Shown here piece after piece: positions 59,001 through 64,000 of a DNA stretch of 64,000 bases (its first letter is position 1; every line of letters begins with the position of its first letter). The notes under the pieces are model-generated. The model worked only from the letters and a program-made list of their open reading frames with translations. It was not told the DNA's origin and made no database searches. This stretch comes from Phoronis australis (lineage: Eukaryota; Animalia; Phoronida). A program made the translations under genes and the position numbers. The stretch is taken from assembly GCA_002633005.1 (NCBI GenBank), contig NMRA01000326.1, positions 62,001 to 126,000 of the forward strand, in the 5' to 3' direction.

Positions 59001-61747
59001 ACTCTGGGCGCAAAACAAAACTACCACTAGGAGGCGCCACAGTAATCAGTCACCATCATCAAAGGTCGTCTTCACAATGAGAACATATATATGCCAATTT
59101 TCAAATGATTTGGCTGATACAGGGATGGACACCAAAAACAAGATTTGAAAACAGCAAAAGTGGCCACTAGGTGGTGCAAAATACCTCGATTCCATCCAAA
59201 AACAGGCAGATAGCATCATCAAACCAATAGATGCCTATATTTAAAATTTTATGAAAATCTGTTGGAGACCTTTGAAGATACTGAGTTAAACGTAAAAAAC
59301 TAAAATTGACACTAGGGAGCACACAGTAGTCAGATCTGTCTGAAAGTCGTTGTCATCCGTAGTCAACATCACATAAATACACTTGCTAAATTAAGTAAAG
59401 TTCCTGCGAACGGTTTAGGAGATACAGCCATAGGCGCAACAAAAACAAAACTGCCACTAGGAGGCACCACAGTAGTCAAAATCGTCGGAAAATCATCGTC
59501 AACCGTCCACTTTAAAGTAAGCACATACATGCCAATTTTCACAATCACCCTTTGAGCGGTTTGGTTGATAGAGGGGTGGACAGTAAAACAGTAAAAATGG
59601 CCACTAGGTGGCGCAAACTACGTTGAATCTATCCGAAAACGGGAGGATAACGTCATCTCACTCATAGGTGCCAATATATCAAATTTCATGAAAATCCGTT
59701 AAGGACTTTTGAAGATACAAAGGTAAACGTAAAAAAATAAAATTGCAACTAGGGGGCACACTGGTAGTCGGATCTGTCCAAAAGTCGTCATCGTCCGTTG
59801 TTAACATTATATAAATATACCTACTAAATTTTGTAAAGATCCTGCAAACAGTTTAGGAGATACAGCCATAGGCGCAACAAAACAAAACTGCCACTAGGAG
59901 GCGCCACAATAGTCGAAATCGTCGGAAAATCATCGTCAACCGTCCTGTTCATAGTAAGCACATACATGCCAATTTTCACAATCATCCTTCGAGCGGTTTG
60001 GTTGATAGAGGGGTGGACGCAAAAAACAGACTCAAAAACAGTAAAAATGGCCACTAGGTGGCGCAAACTACGTCAAATCCATCCGAAAACGGGAGGATAG
60101 CGTCATCTCACTAATAGGTGCCTACATATTTCATGAAAATACGTTCAGGACTTTTGAAGATACAAAGGTAAGTGTAAAAAATTAAATTGCCACTAGGGGG
60201 CACACCGGTAGTCGGATCCGTCCGAAAGTTCGCTCATGCCGTCCCATTCATGAATGGAACATATATGCCAAATTTCATGAACGTATGTCAAAGGGTTTTG
60301 GAGATAGAGCAGCGAACGTCGGACACCAGACGGATGCCGCCCGGACGGACGGAGATGACAGCATAATGCGTCCACATATAAATATGTGGGCGCATAAAAA
60401 TGGCCACTAGGTGGCGCAAACTAAGTCGAATCCATCTGAAAACGGAAAGATAGCGTCAACACACTAACAGAAACCTGTATGCCATATTTTTTGAAAATAC
60501 ATCGAGTACCTTTGAAGATACAGCTGTTAACGTAAAAAAATAAAACTGCCACCAGGGAGCACACCAGTAGTCAAATCCATCCGAAAGTCATCGTCGTACT
60601 TTGTCAACACCATATAAATGCACTTGTACTACATTTAGTAAAGATCCTGCAGACAGTTTAGGAGATACAGCCATAGGCGCAAAAAAACAAAATACCACTA
60701 GGAGGCGCCACAATAGTCCAAGTCGTCGGAAAATCATCGTCAGCCATCCACTTTATAGTACGAACATAATGCCAAATTTCACAATCATCCTTAGAGCGGT
60801 TTGGTTGATAGAGAGGTGGACGACTAAAAACAGACTCGAAAACAGTAAAAATGGCCACTAGGTGGCACAAATTACGTCGAATCTATCCGAAAACGGGAGG
60901 ATAGCATCAGGTCACTAATAAATGTCTGCATGCCAAATTTTATGAAAATACGCTGGACCTTTGAAGATATAGAGGTAAGCATAAAAACTAAAATTGCCAC
61001 TAGGGGGCACACCGGTTGTCGGATCGTCCGAAAGTTCGGTCATGGCGCCATATCTATGAAAGGAACACATGTACAAAATTTCATGAACATACGTCAAACG
61101 GTTTTGGAGTTAGAGCAGCGGACGCCGGACGGATGCCGCCCTGACGGACGGAGATGACGGCATAATGCGTCCACATATAAATATGTGGGCGTATAAAAAC
61201 GATTAAAAATTTCACTGGTGAATAACTTGTGTGAAATTTCAAAGACTGACCTCCAGTCGCTTAGCAATTATCCAGGAATAAAAAGGTAAGAAACAAAAAG
61301 AGGGATGAGATGGAAACCACACGACAACAGTACTCTGCACTTATCTAGTATACCCAGTATGAATATGAAACCAGCATACATGACCATAATAGTTCATTAA
61401 CATATTATAAATAATTAAACAGCTATGTAGGCATGTCTGTATCTGTTAACCAAATTTGAATGTTTCTGCCTAAAACATCAAAAGAAAAGTAATCACGACG
61501 CAGACATCTCTCTCGTACTGTTTTATTTCTTATTGATACATCACAGCTTAATCTACTTTCCTTATTACAAATAAATACCTTTATTGGAAGTCACATGTAT
61601 CATAGCCAACATTAGAAAATCAACAACAGAAAAGTGCATTCTATGAAGACAAACAGATAATTAACTTACGGAGGTAACAAAAACAAGAAGAAAGTCTCGG
61701 GATGGAGTTGTGTGTCAAACCCACTATCTGATTCTTGGGACGCACCA
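4623..61747 (-). CDS. SLC9A: Sodium/hydrogen exchanger, plasma-membrane NHE1-5-like (CPA1/SLC9A); spliced, 22 exons found, 5'-incomplete
   Basis: Exons read by hand with GT-AG sites and matching phases; 2383 nt, about 793 codons. Signatures: FFLFLLPPIILEASY, FFDNIGTI, AVDPVAVLAIFQEVHVN, FGESLFNDAVTVVLY, YGGLRGAV, FTVFIQG, and a CHP-binding-like helix FEAINDRVTDHVMAGVEEILG. Orthology to a specific paralog not determined. Confidence 0.95.
8344..8471. mobile_element. Short element with 12-bp inverted ends
   Basis: ATTATAGCAACG (8344) and CGTTGCTATAAT (8460) are perfect inverted repeats. Confidence 0.4.
9647..9693. repeat. (ATTGCA)n self-complementary microsatellite
   Basis: attgcaattgcaattacaattgcaattgcaattacaattgcaattgc. 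Confidence 0.9.
9984..10098 (-). mobile_element. tRNA-derived SINE head; second partial copy at about 63965-64000
   Basis: Minus strand GGAGGCAGTGTGGCCTGGTGAG (A box)...GGTTCAAATCCCGCC (B box)...GTCCTTGAG. The acctgactcaagg segment recurs at the window end. Confidence 0.65.
10120..10232. repeat. Tandem duplication, 54-55 bp x2
   Basis: agcatggtttgtatggcgtaactattaccatgaa..caacatttggtaaacttttg occurs twice. Confidence 0.85.
11026..11258. repeat. 56-bp minisatellite, about 4 copies, with degenerate copies back to about 10870
   Basis: agttacaaacaaacaagagatatttattatggtcatggcatgacatctgtg repeated; explains repetitive ORFs 10871..11331. Confidence 0.9.
11734..11878 (-). CDS. SLC9A: NHE exon (SALHRKYDRNISRDHDNDLLHHLQQKTARRTRLLRSLSVAAPTEGLAE)
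   Basis: tttcag / gtgagt, 145 nt, phase 0 to 1. Confidence 0.85.
12629..12711 (-). CDS. SLC9A: NHE exon (GSSRLSAEEDVTADRLKDILQSNQAPTA)
   Basis: ccctag / gtgagt, 83 nt, phase 1 to 0. Confidence 0.8.
14387..14425 (-). CDS. SLC9A: NHE small symmetric exon (DERAKTNLKLAEF)
   Basis: ctgcag / gtaagc, 39 nt, phase 1 to 1. Confidence 0.65.
15123..15173 (-). CDS. SLC9A: NHE small symmetric exon (RRHSVIGAFISKRMPTD)
   Basis: cttcag / gtaagt, 51 nt, phase 1 to 1. Confidence 0.7.
16215..16238. repeat. (CA)n microsatellite
   Basis: Direct observation. Confidence 0.9.
16385..16730. mobile_element. MITE, 346 bp, with perfect 18-bp TIRs; superfamily unassigned
   Basis: AGACTTACCCTAGAACAA at 16385 and TTGTTCTAGGGTAAGTCT ending at 16730; no clear TSD. 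Confidence 0.7.
18699..19140 (+). repeat. Dispersed repeat, homologous to 32059-32505
   Basis: Shared blocks ctaaggc..ttgaaacccgg, ctttctacaaaattgtg.tgcattgctatcaaact, gctgaaatcccagggcgaaaact, cgcgatcgtcgata and catgttgttgtca. Confidence 0.75.
20128..20635. repeat. Degenerate minisatellite, 35-50 bp units
   Basis: ttgacctggctggtcactg(catgtgctgaccatggc) repeated about 12 times. Confidence 0.85.
20978..21120 (-). CDS. SLC9A: NHE exon (LESPEQKKEVLKQTTPEGRRRSLHQLSQSFDLGGEESSQTVVRRPKS)
   Basis: tattag / gtgagt, 143 nt, phase 2 to 1. Confidence 0.8.
22110..22163 (-). CDS. SLC9A: NHE symmetric exon (THSVANALSMMFAPDTW)
   Basis: ttacag / gtaagt, 54 nt, phase 2 to 2. Confidence 0.7.
24365..24436 (-). 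CDS. SLC9A: NHE exon (EHYANLYGEQAERKIDEVKKGIP)
   Basis: ttccag / gtaagt, 72 nt, phase 2 to 2. Confidence 0.85.
24685..24791 (-). CDS. SLC9A: NHE exon (EWCAYFDDTYLKHWFQREPTRCDENLMELYEQISL)
   Basis: cttcag / gtaggg, 107 nt, phase 0 to 2; FDxxYLK typical of NHE proximal tail. Confidence 0.88.
24920..25330 (+). repeat. Degenerate relative of the Kolobok-like MITE at 28217-28730
   Basis: Shared aaaacaatggtatcaata, ctcatgcaaa, gtatctgaaagt and tttgccaa blocks. Confidence 0.55.
25489..25644 (-). CDS. SLC9A: NHE exon (GMSIKPFVKLL...DHVMAGVEEILGKFGNNMIR)
   Basis: tttcag / gtaaga, 156 nt, phase 0 to 0; CHP-binding-like region. Confidence 0.93.
25968..26096 (-). CDS. SLC9A: NHE exon (SYGGLRGAVCFSLV...VIIFTVFIQ)
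   Basis: ttctag / gtgact, 129 nt; GGLRGA motif. Confidence 0.95.
26773..26852 (-). CDS. SLC9A: NHE exon (VFSLTFIINNVQSRLRQISAKEQFIM)
   Basis: tttcag / gtgagt, 80 nt, phase 1 to 0. Confidence 0.92.
26955..28100 (+). mobile_element. Old, degenerate full-length HINE copy
   Basis: Start aaaagagcaatgc..gttgaa; internal aaaatggccactagatggagc, ggcaccaggaggcac, gtcacttgggggcac and aatttcatgaaaatcc; end gagatgacagc..tatgtgggacataataaaa. Confidence 0.65.
28217..28730. mobile_element. Kolobok-like MITE, 514 bp
   Basis: TTAA (28213-28216) + GGTTATGTAGGACC...GGTCCTACATAATC + TTAA (28731-28734): TTAA TSD, RR..YY ends, 13/14 TIR match. Confidence 0.75.
28761..28882 (-). CDS. SLC9A: NHE exon (ATCDSIIFLFLG...WTLFLCLVIRFL)
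   Basis: ttgcag / gtatgt, 122 nt, phase 2 to 1. Confidence 0.94.
29802..29897 (-). CDS. SLC9A: NHE exon (IIFCGLVQAQYAFHNLSNKSLTTVKYFTKMM)
   Basis: ttacag / gtaagt, 96 nt, phase 2 to 2. Confidence 0.94.
30384..30465 (-). CDS. SLC9A: NHE exon (VEPLAVFSLAYLSYLVAEMFHFSGII)
   Basis: tttcag / gtgagt, 82 nt, phase 1 to 2. Confidence 0.95.
31441..31552 (-). CDS. SLC9A: NHE exon (IALGFLQFLSVSLCGTAIGLLFGVVTSFFTKLTKHVR)
   Basis: tttcag / gtttgt, 112 nt, phase 0 to 1. Confidence 0.93.
31988..33389. mobile_element. Tc1/mariner (pogo-like) DNA transposon remnant carrying a HIRAN-like fragment
   Basis: TA + tcatattcgccctaatgagcgtc...ggcgcttattagggcaaatacga + TA (19/23 inverted match); plus-strand NLDDEYTVSVLKDQTTVVGHVPCEISK at 33096-33176. 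Confidence 0.65.
33557..33659 (+). mobile_element. Isolated retroposon 3' end (5'-truncated LINE or SINE tail); sister copy at about 63850-63942 on the minus strand
   Basis: aagcataaaaat..ttccaggtgatcagtgcaatg.gcccacat...tctgatac..gtatcagaccacctgcaattatttt is shared by both copies and resembles the LINE end at 38248-38335. Confidence 0.65.
35615..35768. repeat. 23-bp minisatellite starting at an NHE splice donor (also 39360-39466)
   Basis: ggtgggtggcaatacacaagta.. about 6 copies. Confidence 0.9.
35769..35839 (-). CDS. SLC9A: NHE exon (DAVTVVLYNMMISFNKMSVISGDQ), copy 1
   Basis: tttcag / gtatgt, 71 nt, phase 1 to 0. Confidence 0.93.
35950..38335 (+). mobile_element. 5'-truncated, inactivated non-LTR retrotransposon with RT and RNase H (I-group, Loa/Lian-like), copy 1
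   Basis: Frameshifted peptides FKPWKSPGLD, RVVFIPKPGKNSY, QYAYRPGFSTET, YLGIIL, IYTAVIRPIMSYAA; RNase H CYTDGSK, ATVFQAEITAI, IFSDSQAAIKAL, AHVGIDGNENAD; structured 3' end then a T-run. Confidence 0.88.
38600..38675 (-). CDS. SLC9A: NHE exon (VLAIFQEVHVNNVLYFLVFGESLFN), copy 1
   Basis: tttcag / gtgagt, 76 nt, phase 0 to 1; FGES.LND transport motif. Confidence 0.94.
39467..39537 (-). CDS. SLC9A: NHE exon (DAVTVVLY...SGDQ), copy 2
   Basis: Same as 35769-35839 with one synonymous change (agt/agc); splice sites intact. Confidence 0.85.
39650..43802 (+). mobile_element. RNase H LINE remnant, copy 2, interrupted by a Kolobok element
   Basis: Collinear with 35950-38335. Confidence 0.85.
41669..43347 (+). 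mobile_element. Kolobok DNA transposon, non-autonomous, 1679 bp, with degenerate THAP domain
   Basis: TTAA TSD at 41665-41668 and 43348-43351; empty site tcacttaactcc in copy 1. TIRs AGTAGAATACCACC / AGGAGCATGCCACC. From 41842, across frameshifts: MLRCIVPACPN..GISFF..RKWL..RVCGL. Confidence 0.85.
44066..44141 (-). CDS. SLC9A: NHE exon (VLAIFQEVHVNNVLYFLVFGESLFN), copy 2
   Basis: Appears identical to 38600-38675. Confidence 0.88.
45118..45236 (-). CDS. SLC9A: NHE exon (GPLIYALATGGAMGGGTVMSLTILQCLVFSALVVAVDPVA)
   Basis: ttgtag / gtaagt, 119 nt, phase 1 to 0; AVDPVA motif. Confidence 0.95.
45325..45460. repeat. 25-32 bp minisatellite upstream of an acceptor
   Basis: agcagcacattcac(ttccac)ccaatcacag about 5 copies. 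Confidence 0.85.
45840..45867 (-). CDS. SLC9A: NHE 28-nt microexon (GTVINCFVI)
   Basis: tttcag / gtaagt; supplies the conserved GTxxN and bridges phase 0 to 1. Confidence 0.88.
45977..46666 (+). mobile_element. Solo LTR, 690 bp
   Basis: TGTCA...TGACA ends, perfect 5-bp TSD TAATG (45972-45976 and 46667-46671), TATAAATA at 46249, AATAAA at 46560. Confidence 0.85.
48443..48710. mobile_element. Degenerate pogo-like MITE
   Basis: acc..gacttccgtatataag versus cttatattcggaaatctacggt, imperfect inverted ends. Confidence 0.4.
49160..49896. repeat. 368-bp direct duplication across the N at 49528 (assembly overlap)
   Basis: aaatgactaaaaagg...ctggaca repeated on each side of the N with very few differences. 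Confidence 0.9.
50882..52479. repeat. About 750-bp duplication (50882-51630 vs 51733-52479) beside Ns at 50867 and 51732; probable alleles
   Basis: atggggc.aaaattagtaatgactg...tttaacaaatata in both copies, with scattered substitutions and indels. Confidence 0.88.
51635..51731 (+). mobile_element. HINE terminus truncated by an assembly gap
   Basis: aacaagagcaacgcagagcgttgaaatgcgcccac...tggccagtaga followed by N. Confidence 0.85.
54943..56141 (+). mobile_element. Helentron-type non-autonomous element (HINE/DINE-1-like), complete
   Basis: AACAAG end, hairpin, subTIR atgcgctcac; internal repeats of about 145 bp; other end gtgggcgcataaaaa; no TSD. Confidence 0.8.
56884..56965 (-). CDS. SLC9A: NHE exon (IILEASYSLHDRVFFDNIGTIMIYAVL)
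   Basis: ttacag / gtaagt, 82 nt, phase 2 to 0. Confidence 0.95.
57762..61199 (+). mobile_element. HINE copy (host) containing a nested copy of the same family
   Basis: AACAAG + hairpin CAACGC-AGA-GCGTTG + subTIR ATGCGCCCAC. Other end: (GGAC)n-like microsatellite, inverted repeat ATGCGTCCACATA-TAAA-TATGTGGGCGTAT, then AAAAA. Confidence 0.85.
58724..60400 (+). mobile_element. Nested HINE copy
   Basis: Both termini complete; sits in the A-run of host sequence gaaaacggt-AAAAA-tggccactagg with no TSD. Confidence 0.85.
61670..61747 (-). CDS. SLC9A: NHE exon, most 5' found (GASQESDSGFDTQLHPETFFLFLLPP)
   Basis: ttacag / gtaagt, 78 nt, phase 2 to 2; TM4 FFLFLLPP. Confidence 0.92.
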
Positions 61748-63629
61748 CTGTAAAATACAGACATGGTTAATACAAGGGAGGGTTGGGGGAACAACACGCA
61801 TTAGATCTCCTACCTGAGACCTCTGACACATCATTGTGATGGAATACAGACATGGCACTTGTTCTTCAAAAGCTTCTTTAGCTGAGACTAGTCTTGAACT
61901 AATTCAGCTTTACCATAAAACTTTTAGTGCGTCTTAAGTTTCCACATGTAACATTTGTGTGTAAAGTCCATTTTACACGTGTTTTATGCACACAGTCCAG
62001 CGGGTGTATGAAAATCATTTTTCAGAAAAATATGGCTTCGATACAATGACGTCTTTGGAACTCTCATCCCGGGCTTGCCTATGTAAAACTGGTAACATAC
62101 CAGAAGCGAAAGTCTTTTGGAAGTCATTGTTTTGTCATCAGCAAACAAAGTGCTTTTTGCGAACTACCAAATAAAAAATTCATGAGTAACTCACCAGGGG
62201 GTTTAAGAATGTGTATTTACAGGTGAAACTTTCCAGTTTGGTAGTCATAACAAATTTGTATTTGCTTGACAATATTTCTTTTGATAGCAGCCATCAAGAC
62301 AAAAACTGTTTTAGTTAAGCTACTTTATTGGAACAAAAACAACCTAAAGTTTTGACTTATGTAAGTCCAAACTTTAAAGTATCTCAGATTTAAGACCAAA
62401 ATTGAACTTAATTCAAGTTATAAGTTAGTTTCTTGTAATTGGGCAGTGGTCAATGCAACAGCAGGGTGGTGGAACAACACACGAGTTAAACCCATAACTT
62501 GGAACTTGTGACACACTACTACAACAGTGACATGACGGTTAATACAACGTCAGGGTTGTGGAGCAACATGTGTGTCAAACCCACTACCTGAGGCTTGTGA
62601 TGAATCCATAACACTGAAAATAAGGACATGGATAAATGTTGTGCAATACTACGCCCATTATTTGTTAGCCTTTTGATATGGGATGCACTGCTAAAATATT
62701 GCACTGGAGGGCTGTGGAACAACGCTGTGCAAAGACCATCACCTGTTAGCCTTTTGATACCAATATTCTGGAACAACACCGTACACAAATATCACCTGTT
62801 AGTCTTGATATACTGCTCAGCAGACATTGTACACAAAAAGGTTATGGAACATTACCATGCAGCAAGACCATCACCTGTTAGCCTTATGATATACTGTTCA
62901 GCACACATTATACACAGAAGGGTTGTCCAACATTTGCAAAACTTGCCTTCTTAACTTTAGGATATGGATACAAGATTGAGCCAGTACAATGGCTGCAGAC
63001 AAATGCACTAAGACCGGATACAAAACTGAGGCAGTACAACAGAATGGCTGGGGACAAATCCACTCATACGAGATCAACGGAGCTCACTTTAATTTGTTTT
63101 TGATTTCATTAAAATTTGACGAACTTGTTACAAAACCATTTTGGCCCATTCTGCCAGTTAATGTTCCCAATAATTTGAAATGGTTCCATAACAACAAACT
63201 ACTGAAATATCACAATTATTTCCACTGCTTTAGCTTCTCATTAACATCCACCAACTCTTATGCAACTCAACATGTAATTTTCCTTTTTAGGTTAGAGAAT
63301 ACAACATCTTTCCTATGGAATTGTTTTCATGTTCTTTTTTATCATTAATTAAAAGCAAATAGTCTAATCTGATACCTACACACACACATCATACGGGTTC
63401 ATGCTAATTCCATCAAATTCTGGCAAACCGTTTCGATAATACCGGTAATTGACAAACAAGCAATATCGTGTTGGAAAATTAAATGGTCAAAAGGGTGTCT
63501 CAGTAATATGTAGAATTAGACAAAAATCGACTGGTGCTGGTGTATCCCTGAACTTGCTCTTCAGCCATAAGCAGAATTGACCTCCATTTTCGAAAGACTT
63601 GGACAACTGAAGTCAAACAAAAATAATCA

Positions 63630-63840
63630 AACAAGAGCAACACGCAAAGGGTTGAAACGTGCCTATGACTGCAACACATATAGTTACTGTAGTCTTCTAC
63701 GGGTGGTTATAGGCAGACTACATCTAATCGGTATGAACATGGATGCCCTTTTGTTAGAAACCTACTGGGAATAATTTCATGAAAATACACGGAGGAACTC
63801 TGAATATAAAAGAGCTAAATGTAAAAAACAAAACTGTCCC
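63630..63840 (+). mobile_element. Degenerate HINE fragment
   Basis: aacaagagcaacacgcaaagggttgaaacgtgcc...aatttcatgaaaatac...aaaaaacaaaactgtccc. Confidence 0.55.
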
Positions 63841-64000
63841 TATAAATAAAAATAATTGCAGGTGGTCTGATACACGTATCAGACATGCACAGGTCGCACA
63901 TGTGGGCCCATTGCACTGATCACCTGGAACCATTTTTATGCTTCACTAACATATACTAAAACCGAGCTGAGGACCAAGAAACCTGACTCAAGGGTTTAGC

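Noticed and set aside
54943-61199. CRISPR-like array (short conserved motif at regular spacing)
   Set aside because: The intervening sequences are themselves homologous repeats of about 130 bp, the context is a eukaryotic intron, and there are no cas genes.
62150-62260. gtgagt donor-like site as the next upstream NHE exon
   Set aside because: The required phase-2 frame has a TAA a few codons before the donor; no PESC-type motif found.

Overview
AT-rich eukaryotic DNA, probably from a marine invertebrate bilaterian (taxon not determinable); most ORFs in the supplied track are spurious. One minus-strand gene dominates the window: a plasma-membrane-type Na+/H+ exchanger (SLC9A/NHE). I assembled 22 phase-compatible GT-AG exons from 61747 down to the stop at 4623 (about 793 codons); its 5' exons were not found and probably lie beyond the window. 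The 3' end of a convergent plus-strand ORF sits at 3-176. The introns hold an RNase H LINE remnant, a Kolobok element with TTAA TSD and a THAP remnant, a solo LTR, pogo-like elements, MITEs, a tRNA-derived SINE and minisatellites. The most striking signal is a Helentron-type non-autonomous family (HINE/DINE-1-like). Its core is a trimeric repeat of 145-160 bp subunits, each carrying one co-oriented CTCF-like motif, and one copy is nested inside another. Several minisatellites are anchored on the gene's own splice sites. Three of four single-N joins adjoin duplications that look like uncollapsed haplotypes; one of these duplicates two NHE exons.
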